From Octopus sinensis (Eukaryota), in contig NC_043001.1 of the NCBI RefSeq assembly GCF_006345805.1, positions 88,350,001-88,414,000 on the forward strand: a DNA stretch of 64,000 bases. The letters are read 5' to 3'. This document shows positions 1 through 14,344 of the stretch, one piece after another. The notes under the pieces are model-generated. The model saw only the letters and a list, made by a program, of their open reading frames with translations, was not told the origin of the DNA and searched no databases. Each line of letters opens with the position of its first letter. Within the stretch, counting starts at the first letter, position 1. A program made the translations under genes and the position numbers.

Positions 1-617
1 TCCAATGTAGTCTCTCGATTTGCTAGAAACAGCAGCCAAATTATCAAACAACATCTTAGGGGAAAAAAAAAATAAATAAACGAAAGACGCATTGGATAAG
101 GTAGTTCTGGATACATTTTATTTTGGATACATTTTATCTGAAAATAAAATGTAATTGTTGGTGGCTGGAATACTTTGATCATAGGTCTACTTGATCAGTG
201 CTGACCCGGGGCTAAACAACTGGATATAATATCACCAATCGCATTCATACTGCCTATTTATATTTATATAAAGAGATTACACAATTACATTAATAATCTC
301 AATAACACTCAATCTCCATCACCAAATAGGGCGTTCTCCCACAATAATCACATATATATAATACTTGTGTGTATATATCTGTATACATACACGTATACAT
401 ATATTTATATATATGTGTGTGTGTATATATATACATACATACACGTACACACATTTGTTGTTTTACAGTTAATTACTTGGCCCACGCGAAAACATTGTCA
501 ACTACATAATTAATTGTAGTTATTAAATTAATTTAGTAAAATGTGATGTGGAAGTCATTTGATCAGGAACGTTTTTGAAATACGTACAATACATATGTAT
601 ATGTTTCTCTCTCTTTT

Positions 618-724
<107 letters not shown>

Positions 725-974
725 ATCCATCTATCTATCCATCCACACACATTTTCGCACAAGCATCCATTACTGTGTTGTACAGTTCAAGTTGAGCTCT
801 CGGCGAACCGAGTCCACGACACAGTTTCGATCCCTGATCGGACACGTTTTACATCGCATACATCACTAGCCAATCTCCTTCGAAAAAGGTGTGACCGTCA
901 TTATCACCACCCCCGTGTCACCATTCTGCTGTCAAAATTCTTCGGTTTGCTTATTTGGAAGAAGTGGTGGGGCG

Positions 975-1625
975 GAAAACAAACTGCTTTGCGTTATTTT
1001 GTTAGAACCATATGTTCTGAGTTCAATCCTAATCGAAGTGGAACTTGCTTTTCAACCTTTCAGAGTCGATAAAATAAAGTACCAGTTATACTGGAGTCGA
1101 TGTGTTCCACTGTCTACTCCACCTCAGAAAGTGCTGGCTAGTGGTGGATTAGCAGAATATTTGCGGTGTTTTTTCAGCTCTTTATGTTTTGAGCTCAAAT
1201 TTCGCCGAGGTCAGCTTTGCCGTTCATCATTTCGGGGTCGTTAAAATAAATTGCCGAGCCATTTAATCGACTAATCCCTCCCACTAAATATTGCTGGCCT
1301 AGTGTTAAAATTTGAAACAATTATTATTACTGTTGCACGGTTGTTTTACAACACCTGACAAAATGCTTTGCGCTGTGTCAATACCCTCTCTGTCGTTGTG
1401 GATTCGTGCCTATGTTCTAAATTCATATCCAGCTGTGGTCGATTTTGCCTAGTGGTATTTGCGTCACTGCTACATTGTAAGTTCAAATCCTGCTGCGGTT
1501 GTCTTTACTACCTATCCTTCGGGGATCGTTAAAATAAAGTACCAGTCAGATACTGAGGCCGATATAGTTGGCTGTATCCTCCCTCATATTCGGAGCCTTG
1601 TTCCTCTATTAGAAACGATTATTAT
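975..1625 (+). mobile_element. Cluster of 3-4 decayed copies of the same tRNA-SINE
   Basis: Repeated gttcaaatcc..ctttgcc.ttcatc.ttcggggtcg.taaaataaagtaccag motifs near 1020, 1195, 1420 and 1480; further copies near 5850-5990, 6275-6355 and 6475-6600. Confidence 0.7.
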
Positions 1626-2329
1626 TATTTCAATCTTGTCTGTACATCGCCTCAACGATTCCTGTAGGCTGCATCTATCATCGCTGCTTATTCTGCCAGC
1701 ATCATCTCTTAGCTACCTATATCATACGGTATGATATTGATGCTGGCGATGGTATATATGCGTATTCTTAATGATGACGATGGTGTGTGTTTGTAGTAAA
1801 GTTTATGTGCGTAAATCTATGATTTATACGTATGATAGTTATTTAACCCCAGGTTAGCTCTGATCGTGTAGACTTAAATGATCAAAGGATTTCTGCTGTG
1901 ACCATCCTATTTTTTTTTTCAGGTATAGTGTTTCCAGGACTGTATTATTCAATATGTCCTTCACTTTTTTAACACTGCAAGGCGCTCCAGCCTCGACCAT
2001 CTTGTCCATCACTAATGCATTTCCCATGTAGGACTAAATTATCCCCTTTCAGAATGCTAGGATGTAATTTGAGAGGAATTTGGCTGCTATCTTTGCAGAT
2101 AAAGCAACCTCATAGAAGCTCCTTCGTTAACAAGCATCTGTGCGATATTGTATGCATGTTTTTATGTCTATATTTTAGTGTGTTTGTGATGACATGTATG
2201 TGTTATCGTCTGATGATGTGGGTGATGTATGTGTTAATATGATGGTGTGTGCATGTTTTGTGTATCATACATGTTATGTGTGATATGTATGTATGTTTAT
2301 ATTTGTCTACATGAATGGCATAAGTGTGA

Positions 2330-2390
2330 TCATATATATATGTATATATATATAATAGTATATATATATATATATATTATTATGTATATA

Positions 2391-2421
<31 letters not shown>

Positions 2422-2506
2422 ATATGTATATATATATATAGTATGTATATATATATAATATATGTATATATATATATAATATATATTATATATATATATA
2501 TCTATG

Positions 2507-2539
<33 letters not shown>

Positions 2540-2612
2540 TATATATGTATATATATATATATATATGTATAATATATATATATATATATATGTAATATAT
2601 ATATATATATAG

Positions 2613-2680
<68 letters not shown>
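2330..2680. repeat. (TA)n-rich microsatellite, representative of dozens of (TA)n, (CA)n, (CT)n, (CTAT)n and (CAT)n tracts
   Basis: Direct inspection; other large tracts at 606-740, 13600-14000 and 16720-17240. Confidence 0.95.
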
Positions 2681-3031
2681 GTTATGCGTGTGTGTGCGTC
2701 AGCCATTATTTCAGCACTAATGTTCTTGTAATATTTGCACAGCTAGTGATGTTCTTCTGTGGCACCTGTCTTTTCGGGAAACTGTATATATACTATATTG
2801 CACACCTATATAAATAAATACACACGTCTACTTACCCCACTAGAAACATACGTATTTGCTAGATACATAAATAGAGATGTACATGTACCTATCTTCCCAC
2901 AGAACACAAACATATGCACTGCACAAATTCATTTTCTAAACACACACACACACTCAAGTACTTATCTACCGATCACACACTTTCTATACATATCTGTATA
3001 CAACACCTATCTATGTACATTTTGTGTTCAG

Positions 3032-3105
<74 letters not shown>

Positions 3106-4796
3106 CACACATATAAGCTCCGTGTGAATATCTATAGTTCTATTTGTCTCCGTATATATATATATATACATACTTACGTAACATAAGTGTGTATCTATGT
3201 CTTATTCTTTTGGCACATTTGTGTCCGTCGAATTTATAATTTTTTTTATTATATTGTGTACATAGTGTTATGTAGCTTCCAATTCTCTACCTATCTCTTA
3301 AAATCCACCTCAGATCTGTCACCACACCATCTTTGCAGAGGGGCCCCCTGTACCTTTCGTCTCAAATTCTACTACTATTTTACCATAGACAGCCACATCG
3401 AATCTTGCACTTGAGTCTTGTAGTAATTGTTTAGCCCCAGGTCAACCCTAATTGAGCAGACTTGTGTGTGTTGGTTGGTGGTGATAGTGGCAGTAATAGT
3501 AGTAGGAACTACTCAAAATACCAAACCACGCTGTTGGTCTCTCTTTCACATATTTTCTTCTACTCTGTCTGTCTCTCTACTCGTATGTCTGTCTCACTCT
3601 GATCCCGTTTGGTTCTCTTTCTTTTCGGGAATGTTTCTCTTTCTCTCTTTCTATATGTATCTCTTTTGTGTGTGTATATATATATCTTCTCTCTGTGTTT
3701 ATGTCTCCCCGTTTGTTTGTCTATCTCAGAGCCCGGCTTATTCATTGCCACCAGCTTTGTCTCTTTTTTTTTGTGTCAATAATATTTTTTTTTGCTTCGG
3801 TCTCTCTTTGTATGTGTCTCCATCACTCCGTCTCTCTCTCCCCGAATTTCTCTGTGTATGTATACATACATACATAAATTTGTGTGTGTTATCCATACTG
3901 TGCTTATATGGCTCTCATCAACTCACTGTATGTATATATATATAAAACTGAATCTTCATTCTTGCCCTTCTCTTTCACATCTGTTTCCACCCGCTTCCCC
4001 TATCTCATGTCTCCCTTGTCATATATCTCTATCTCTCACTGTTTTCTCACTCATTCACTTGTCTTTTTCTCATTCTCTCAGTACCCGGTTCCCCCTCTCT
4101 CCTGTCTCACTCACCTGTCACATGTCATTTATACATTTTACTCCACTCTACATCATCCCCTTTTTTGCATTTTCTCTGCACCTCTCATGTCTCACTCTCC
4201 CGTATCTAATCTCCCCATTCTCTCACACCCCTACCTTTTCCCTTTTCTATATTTCTATATATTTCTCGTCTTCCACCTCTTGCAGACTCTTCGCTCACGT
4301 CTATCACTAACCCCTCCATGTACGTACACTCGTCACCCTACTTAAAACATTTTAGCTCACCTGTACCTCTCTACACCACCCGACATATAAGGACCGTACC
4401 ACACATGGTTCTGATCTCTCTCACTGTCTAATTATGTTGTAATGTTTATCAATTATATTTGCAGTCGTTTATCAATTCTGTTGTTTGTAGTTAATGCTTC
4501 TGTTTCTGTTGTTGCAATATTCCTTATTAAACTACAACGTTGCTACTTGTAGCGCTGGAATATACATACATACATACATTCAGTTGTATGTATTGTGAGT
4601 GTACACATACACACACATATATATATATATATATGTGTTTGTGTATCTATATACATATGTATATTTATATTCTAACCGATTGATACGCAAGACTTGAAGC
4701 TTTATTTAGCACAACAATCGTTTCGGCTGCCTTATGTATATTTATATGTGTATTTATATATATTTCATATGTGCACTGTAATATATATATATATAT

Positions 4797-4834
<38 letters not shown>

Positions 4835-6728
4835 CACACATACATTACACTCACATTAAATATATTCATTATACATCATATCTGTCTCTATGTCAGTGAC
4901 AGCGTGTGTGTGTATGTACGTGTGCCCGTCTGACTGCCTATGTATCTATGTGTCACATCCATTACCTCTGTTTCCATGTTTGTCAGCTTACCTTAGCCCA
5001 CATTGCTACAGTACACTGTTGAGCAAGTCAGCTTGTTGAAAAATACTGGCTACAGTGACTCGTTCCCTTTCACTTCATTCTGCCCTCCGTCTCGTTGACA
5101 GAATGTGAACAGAGATGAGGTGGACAGTGAGAAGCTGCTACACGTTTGACATTGTTTCTTCATTTGTTTCACCTTATTTTCTGCTATATTTGTTTAATCG
5201 TCGGTATTGGCAGGTTCAAACAGGTAAATAAGCAGACCCTAATTCTGATTTATTATTGTTAGCACAATTGGGATTTTTGAATCAGTTCATCTTTGATACA
5301 TTCCTACCAATAACAATCGATAATTTCCTCTAAATCTTCCTAACTAGGCTTTAGCAGAAAAAACTACGTGGTCGCTCATTAGGAATAGCACCAAAATCTC
5401 CCTCACTCTTCGTTTAACAAGAAAAAATAAAGAAAAATAGTGTCTTAGATGTAGCATACCCGAAAAAAAATTATTTAGTCATGGTTGGAGCGCTTTCGAT
5501 TATATAAGTCTGTTCAATCAGAGTTGACGTGGGCTAAACAATGTCTAATCCCCACCTCAACACACTCTAACATCTGGCTCCGCGCTCTCTTTTCTACTAT
5601 TACTACTACTACATTGGCATCTGCCTCTTGAAGTTGACTGAATTCGTGCCACTACCCAGGTCCATTGGAAGATTGATTCGTCTTTTGTCCTCTCGCAACC
5701 CAAATTGTATTTGCTCTAACCATTTTGCCCAGTCCTTCCTTTCCAAAATATCAATCCTCTTGGAACCCCCCCCCATCCCCTGCCCGTGTTTTTACTGCAG
5801 TCATTTACTTACAGTTGTTGAAGAGAAACATCAACCGCATCAGTCGTAAGTGTCGGACGAAATGCTTTGCGGTATTTACATACCCCTTTTATGTTCAGGG
5901 TTAAAAATCTTTCCGAGGTTAACTTTGCCGTTCATCCTTTCTAAGTCGATAAAATAATGTTTTTACTCAAGAAATAATGTCGATTTAATATTTCTGTATA
6001 GCATCTTAGATAGAATGGAATTATCATAAAAAAGCCTCACCTGTCACGGAGAGCCTTCGACTGTCAAGGACACAAGCCCTTTTCTCTTCTCAAACTAATC
6101 CATAAAAAAAAAATGGCTTTATAGTGTAGCATAAAAAATGGTTTTTGTTTGCTAGAGCCATAGTAAAACTGAAAGTGAGAGATATTAACGGTCTTGCTCA
6201 AATACGGTTCATATTTTTAATTCTTTTTTGTTTAACCATATCTATTTGTGGTATTTTGTTAGTCCCGTTTTTCATGTTCTGAGTTCAAATCCCACCGGCT
6301 TTGACATAGCCACTTATTCATTCTCCGAAGTTTGATAAAAAATTAAGTACCAGATGAGCATCGCTACAGCCGTTTCCCAAATCATTTTTTATTGTCATCA
6401 TTTCAATAATAAAGAGACTATTTTTATTAGGGTAGGTGTCTGATTGGTATAGACACAAACGACGATAAAATACCTTGTGGTATTTATTTTTCCTGTTGCC
6501 AATTCAAATCTTGCCGAGGTCGAGTCTACCTTTCATCCTTGATAAAATAATTGCAGTTAAATACTGGGTCGATATAACCAACAATAATTCTTCCCCAAAC
6601 TATTCGTGGCCTTCTACTTGTGTTTATTATTATTATTATTATTATTATCATCAATTTCTCCGGCAAAGATAAAGATCTACTCGTTCAGAGAAGTGTTACG
6701 TTCAGCTTCTAAAGGAGTGCGTGATATA

Positions 6729-6803
<75 letters not shown>

Positions 6804-8202
6804 CACACACAGACACATATGTTTATGTATGTATATATACATGTAACGTGTGTGTAAAATATTTGATTATATATGAAGAGTTGTAATTGGGGCGGGGAGG
6901 AAGATAGGACATGTTCTAGCTCTTACGGAATCTGTTGCTATGAGACTTTCTTACATTTGAAAAGGTGGGTGGTGTGTGTGTATATGTGTATGTCTCTGAT
7001 TATGCGTGTCTAAAGGCGTGTGTGTGTGTGACCAGGCGAAATAAAAGTAGGAAGAAGGTGAAAAAATATGTTATATTGAGACATTCCAACGACGACAGCA
7101 CCAAACCACCACTCACCCGACTTCTTTATTTCACAATCGTTGTCAAATTCATTACCACAAACCAGCTTCCTCGTCATCACCTCATCATCATCATCGTCAA
7201 TCATCTACCTTTGCCATATACCATTTCTCGTCACACAAGCTTTTAGCATATAACCCCCCCCCCATTTCTTCATTTTTCCTTTCTCTTCTTTTAACATATT
7301 TATTCTCCTCTCCAGTTGGAATCTGTATTTTGTTTAAACAAACACGATTAAAAAACAACAAAAATTCCAGTAAAATCATCTTCATCATCATACCTTTATA
7401 TACCTCCGCTAGCCTATTTTTTTTTTCTTGTAAGAACTCTTCGTATTCTGCCATTTGTATTTGAGATGAAAGTAGGAATTTGTGATGATCATGCTTCTCC
7501 ACATGTAGCAAAAAGAAGAAAAAAAACCCTACATACATATGATATATCGTCTTTGTGTGTATGTCTGTTGCACAATATTTCGTGTTCGCCCCAACTCAAC
7601 ATTTTTACAATGATGGTGACAAAATTGAATAAAATGTCTATAATAGTATTCGTTCTTTTCAATATTTAGTTATTTTTAAATAACAATCTTAATCCTAAAC
7701 ATACATATACATCATGCGCACACACATACATACACACAAATACATATACGTTCATACAATCACTGACGTGCGTACGAAATAGGTCTGGCTTATCGCATTA
7801 GATTTCAGATTTTTACCCTCAAAGATCTGAGTTAATGGCGGTTTTGGCAGAGATAGTTGTCATTATTTCAAAATAGATTCTCGATTTTATTCACCTGTCT
7901 CTCTTTTTTTTTCTCTATCTCTCTTTCTTCACACCTCCTCTCTTTCTCTCTCACTCACCTCTGATATGTGTTTGCCTTTTAAATTTGCGTGTATTTTATT
8001 TTGCACTTTTTTTCATCATTTTGCCCTGCCACCCTTTTTTTTTTATCTCTTGCAATTTCCATCTTAAACGTTCCTACTTTTTCTTAAAGCATTTTACCGT
8101 TTGTCTGAGTGGAGGTCAGAGAGGCCTTTACTGATGATTCCTTACAATCGCTCACCTCACCCCCTCTCTGTGTACTGCCCACCTACCTACCTACCTACCT
8201 GC

Positions 8203-8270
<68 letters not shown>

Positions 8271-8719
8271 TCAAGTGTGTGTGTATATATATATATATAT
8301 ATACATGTGTATAATTATGTCTGTTATCCATGGGTTGGAAGGCATGACCAGAGCTGGCAATTTGGGGTGGGACTGCACCAGACTCCAGTCTGATTTGGCA
8401 TGGTTTCTACAGTTGGATGCCCTTCCTAATGCCATCCACTTCACAGAGTGTGCTGGATGCTTTTATGTAGCCCTGCACGGGCACTTTTACATGGTACTGC
8501 ACAGATGCTTTTATGTGATGCCGTACGGGCGCTTTTTCATGTCTCTACACAGACACTTTTACATGGCACCACCATGGGTGCTTTACACAACCAGAAGAAT
8601 TGGTCCTAATACTTCTACTGAAGGGTACCGGTCTTTTTGAATATGGCCAAGTACCAAGTATTTCGACCCTTTGTCATCTCTTGTACATATGTATGCATAT
8701 ATATATATATTATATTTGT

Positions 8720-8752
<33 letters not shown>

Positions 8753-9003
8753 TGTGCATATACATGTATAAATGTACTTATATATATGGTCCAACCCATG
8801 CCAGCATGGAAAACAGACATTATCCAGTGATGATATACATGTATGTGCATATATATAGACAAATGAATTATCTTATTATGGATAATTCGAAAGATAACCG
8901 ATACCTGGGTAGCAAACTCACAACAGAAAAAGCACGGTTGAAGTTATGACCATAGGGCATAAACTCCGTGCCTTAGTGCGGAAATTTGAAGTTTAATTTA
9001 ATA

Positions 9004-9137
9004 TATTAAGTATAGGAAAGAATGAAGCTGAACGTAGATTAACAAAATTCCTTTATTTTATTTTCGACATGTTTCGAAAATAAAATAAAGGAATTTTATT
9101 AATCTACGTTCAGCTCCATTCTTTCCTATACTTAATA
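9004..9137. repeat. Fold-back palindrome, 64-bp arms, 6-nt loop
   Basis: 9004-9067 is the reverse complement of 9074-9137 with 2 mismatches. Confidence 0.93.
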
Positions 9138-11705
9138 ATATATATATATATATTATATATATATTTATATACACTTTTATATATGTATATAGACATGTAT
9201 ATAGGTATATACATACATATTCATGCACGTATAACATCATCATGGTCTGTTTAGATTGCTGGTACAACATAGGCTCTCGACAGTAGTCTATTAACATCTT
9301 TTATGTAGTGCTTTGGTTTTCACTTGTTGCCAGCTGGTCGTCAGGTATCCTGCCTTCTTTTTACTCTCTGGATTCCATTTCAACGTCTACCTACCAAATA
9401 TCCCTCTGGCATACCTATTTTCACTTGTCTCTTATCATTTATTGCCTGATGGATTTCCTTTTGGCTTAAGCCCAGAGATCTTTATTGTTCAAAATTGTCA
9501 CTCATCATCATTTAGTGTCCTTTTCCAAGCTGCTATAGGTTAGCTGGTTCAACAGGATCCATTGAGTTAGAAGACTGGATCGTGCCCAAATGTCTGCATT
9601 AGCATGGTTTCTGCAAATGGATATCCTTCCTAAACCAGTCACTTTATTGAACGTACTAGGTACTTTTTGCATGACACCAACACTAATGAGGTTACTTTGC
9701 AACCTGCAAGACTAAAAGCCTAAAGAGGGCCCTGTAACTAGAAAAAATAAATTAATAAAAAAGAGGGCACAATGTTTCTGGGCAGGATATTGAGATGGTG
9801 TAAAGAATGGTGAGAGAAACAGATTTATAGCTGTGAGAGTAATGAAGTAGGCACTATAAGAATATGGAATATGGCAGGGACAGGGTAAAAAATAAAGAAG
9901 TTAATACCAAAGGATTAGTGAGTAAGGAAAGGGACAGAGTGGTAAGGGTGATAAGATGGTTTGCATTGTTGGGGTGTAGGGCTATTCCACATTATAAGAG
10001 CAAGTATAGATAGAAAGCATAAGGAAGAGAAAACATGGGAGAAATGGGGATGAAGGTGATAAACTTGGAGAGAGTCATAAAAGGAAAGAGAGGTGCGTGT
10101 TTGTGGTGGGGGAGCATGGAGATAGTCGAGAGAGGGAGAGATGTAAAGGTGTTGAGAAGGTCAAGATGCTGTAAGGAGAGGACAGTGAAAAAAAAAATGA
10201 GGCAGAAGGTGGGGGTGTAGTGGGTGAGTGCAACTGGAGTATGGAAGGAAAGATGCTAGAGAGTACAATAGGGGTAGCAAGGGAGACACTGTTTGAATGC
10301 AGTGAAAGTATCCCAAGTGGGGAGGCTGTAGAGATGGGATAGTGAAATAGTTTGGAGAAACAGTGGGTGAAAGCTATAACAGAAACAAGAGATAGGGTGG
10401 GAGAGTGGAGGGTAAAAGCAGTTAGAGAAGTTGAAGGGTGCAGAGCACCATGGATATAGAGGATAGCAGTGTACAAAAGCAATGAGTGCATGCTGGGTGA
10501 GTAGGTTGAAGAGAAAGGACAGTAAAAGCGAGGCAGGGGAGAGCAGAGGCAAAAGTAATAAAAATATCTGGGGTTAGAAGGCTGAAGAGGGATGTTGAGA
10601 GGGAACAGTGGGTGATTGCAGCAAGAGTATCCTGGCCATCAACAATTGTCATTTGCTTTTCTTCTGCCATGCTTACCCAAAATAGTAAATTTTCTCTGGT
10701 ACAGTAAGTCACAACACACATATGTATATGTGTATACATACACATATATATGTCTGAATGTGTGTGTACATAGGTACCAGCTTAGCTGTGTAGTTTAGTT
10801 TGCTTCTCTACCATGTTATTTTGGGTTCACCTTAAGCAGTATCTTTTATTATAACTCTAGGCTGTCTAATTACTTTTGAATGAATTTGTTAGATATATAT
10901 TGTATGTCTGTATATTTAAATATATTTAAGAAAAACTATTTAAGGTAGATACTTCAAGGGCTCAAAACATGTTATGATGTGAGGACAATATCAATGAGAT
11001 TTATAGATACACATCTTTACTTTAGCTACTAACTGCAAGATAGGCTTTGATAGCTACCACTATCATATTGAACACTAGGCCATATTGGATAGTATATTTT
11101 GGAATCTTCCACATGCTCATGGAAGATGAAGACCACAATACTCCATTAATTGTTGATGGAGACATGGTACATGAAATTGAGGACCTACAAAAACACTATA
11201 CAAAGCAAACAGGCCTGCATAGTGTGGAAAAATGTGTTACCATTGTGAAACATGAAGATATATGTATATATGTGTTTGTAAGTCTGCATGCATATATATG
11301 TATAAATACATGTAATGCATATATATGTTTAAATACATATAATGCATATATGCATACAGTGCTCCAGGATGGCCGCAGTCAAGTGACTGAAACAAGTTAA
11401 AGAATAAAAGAATATATATTATCATCATCATCATTTAGCATCTGCTTTCCATGTTAGCATGGGTTAGATGTTTTGACTGAAACTAGTAAGCTGGAGAGCT
11501 GCACCAGGTTCCAATCTGATTTTGCATGGTTTCTATGGCTGAATACCCTTTCTAATGCCAACCACTCCAAGAGTGTAATTGGTGCCTTTTACATGCCACT
11601 GGCGTGGGTGCCAGTTACGTGACACTGGCATTGGCCATAATTATACTTTTACTTGATTTGACAAGTCTTCTCAAGCATGGCATATCTCTCACACACACAC
11701 ACACG

Positions 11706-12745
11706 ATGCATGTGTACGAATAGCCATGCTACATGGCAGTGAAACATGGGCTGTGACTGTTGAGGACATGCGTAAGCTCGCAAGGAATGAAGCCAGTATG
11801 ATCCGATGGATGTATAATGTCAGTGTGCATACTTGACAGAGTGTAAGTACCTTGAGAGAAAAGCTGGACCTAAGAAGCATCAGATGTGGTGTGCAAGAGA
11901 GACGACTGCACTGGTATGGTCATGTGACGAGAATGGATGAGGATAGCTGTGTGAAAAAGTGCCACACCCTAGCGGTTGAGGGAGCCTGTGGAAGAGGTAG
12001 ACCCAGGAAGACCTGGGATGAAGTGGTGAAGCACAACCTTCAAACTTTAAGCCTCACCAAGGAAATGACTAGTCACCAAGACCTTTGGAAATATGCTGTG
12101 CGTGAGAAGACCCGGCAAACCAAATGAGACCATAATGTCATGGCCTATACCAGGGGCGTAACCAGTCCACTTATGCATTCCTTTTCCTTCTTTGGACACT
12201 AAAACTCTGCTTGTGAAGACCTGTTGAGGCAAGTGAAATCAAATTCGATGACTGGCGTCCGTGCTAGCGGGGTGCAAACGAGTGTGATCATTGACAGAGC
12301 AGCTAACCGGCTTCCGTGACTGTGGCACTTAAAAGGCACCATTTGAGTGTGATTGTTACCAGCGTCGCCTTACTGGCACTCGAGCCCTGTCCGAGCGTGA
12401 TTGTTGCCAGAGCGGCTATCTGGCCTCCTTGCTGGTGGCATGTAAAAGACACCATTTGAGCGTGATTGTTACCAGCATCGCCTTACTGGCACTTGTGCCG
12501 GTGGCATGTTTAAAAGATTCGAGCGAGGTCATTGCCAGCACTGCCTGACTGCCCCCCATGCCGGTGGCACGTAAAAGCACCCACAACACTCTCTGAGTGG
12601 TTGGTGTTAGGAAGGGCATCCAGCTGTAGAAACTCTCCCAGATCAAGATTGGAGCCTGGTGCAGCCATCTGGATCGCCAGCCCTCAGTCAAATCGTCCAA
12701 CCCATGCTAGCATGGAAAGCGGACGTTAAACGATAATGATGATGA
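11706..12745 (+). mobile_element. 3' end of an RTE-clade LINE with long 3' UTR and (GAT)n tail
   Basis: ORF 11852..12127 RRLHWYGHVTRMDEDSCVKK...GRGRPRKTWDEVVK is a typical RTE C-terminus, followed by internally repeated UTR ending catgctagcatggaaagcggacgttaaacgat(aat)gatgat. Confidence 0.85.
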
Positions 12746-12798
12746 TAGATATTGATATAGATAGATAGACAAATAGATATTAATATAAAAAGATAGAT

Positions 12799-12834
<36 letters not shown>

Positions 12835-12998
12835 GTGTGTGTGTTTCATCATCACCATCATTTAACATCTGCTTTCCATGTATATATAGGAGCAGGACAG
12901 ACAGACAAACAAGCATAAGGAATAGATTTATTTGAAAGGATGCATATACAATTTAATTGAAGTAATCAGCTCTTATCTTTACAGCTGTTTCATATAAT

Positions 12999-13190
12999 CA
13001 ATGAATGGTTGCTACAACCATGCATATTATGCAGTGAAGTTCAATATAGTTACTTGCCTGCATTTTTCTGATGAGGATATCGTGACTTCACTGCACAGTC
13101 GTATCAAAATCCTTGCTAGTTCAAACATTTACAAAAACTCAATATTGGACTTCATTGCATTATATGCATGATTATAGCAACCAGTCATTG
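12999..13190. repeat. Diverged inverted repeat, 49-bp core arms
   Basis: 12999-13047 vs 13142-13190, 6 mismatches; weaker outer arms extend to about 12940 and 13247. Confidence 0.8.
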
Positions 13191-13914
13191 TTTATCCAAA
13201 ACCACCATAAAATTAAAACTTGATAACATCATGTAAATTGTGCATGTAACTTGGCCTGAGCATGGACTCAAACTCAAATGAAATGAAATGAAATACAAAT
13301 ATATTCCCAGGTCCTGTGTATTTTGACAACAATCTGTATGCAGGCCAATAGTAAAGTGCTTGAACTTTTTCTGTTTTGAGTTATCATCAGGGTTCTTCAG
13401 TGCCTTTCATACATTTGTATCATCAACTTAATAAGTAAGAGTGGCTGACTATGATTATGGACATGGCTGAGTGAGATTCATCATGAACGGCAATGATTCA
13501 AGTGTAGTTCTGTGAGGGATTTCACTTACAATTAATGTTTTATCACTGGTACAGGAAACTATCTGTATGTATACACATGTATGTATGTTTGCATATAGAT
13601 GTATACACACACACAAATATATATATATGGTGTGTGTGTGTGTATATATGTATTCCTACATATATGTATATGTGTGTATTCATACATGTATGTATGTACA
13701 TATACATACATATATACCAATATATATATATATATATACACATACATATATACCAATATATATATATATATATATACACATACATATATACCAATATATA
13801 TATACACATACATATTACCAATATATATATATATATACACATACATAATACCAATATATATATATACATATATACCAATATATATATATACATATATACC
13901 AATATATACCAATA

Positions 13915-13961
<47 letters not shown>

Positions 13962-14001
13962 TGTCAATATATATATATATATATATTTATGTGTATATAT
14001 A

Positions 14002-14195
14002 TAGGAGAGTTTACAAAAAAAACAAAAGACGAAGGACAGGTGGTGTACAAAACAAACAGATGTATTAGTATAATGCTCAGGAACAGAAAAAGTCTTTTAT
14101 GTTTCGTGCCTACGCTCTTTACAGAAAGGGACACAGAAAAAAAAAGGTGAGAAACAAGGAGGAGAAAAAATGTGGTAGTGGCTAACGATCTATCG
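14002..14195 (-). mobile_element. Related pseudo-LTR-like repeat with degenerate hammerhead core
   Basis: Minus strand ttt-ctgtaa-a-gagc-gtag-gcac-gaaac-ata..ttcctgagc; sits between (TA)n tracts. Confidence 0.45.
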
Positions 14196-14226
<31 letters not shown>

Positions 14227-14244
14227 GTTGGTATATATATGTAT

Positions 14245-14344
14245 NNNNNNNNNNNNNNNNNNNNNNNNNNNNNNNNNNNNNNNNNNNNNNNNNNNNNNNN
14301 NNNNNNNNNNNNNNNNNNNNNNNNNNNNNNNNNNNNNNNNNNNN
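14245..14344. other. Assembly gap (100 N)
   Basis: A run of exactly 100 N, typical of a scaffolding spacer of unknown true size. Confidence 0.99.

Noticed and set aside
3427-4345. Hydrophobic 150-170 aa ORFs in pyrimidine-rich sequence (similar skewed tracts at 9720-10620, 29250-31090, 41650-42250 and 44130-45230)
   Set aside because: Compositional skew from decayed simple repeats; no recognisable domain or exon structure.
13535-14150. Long ORFs rich in Y/I/H/T/C/V here and at 559-1072, 16693-17269, 61802-62071 and elsewhere
   Set aside because: Translations of (TA)n/(CA)n microsatellites, which lack stop codons; no protein signal.
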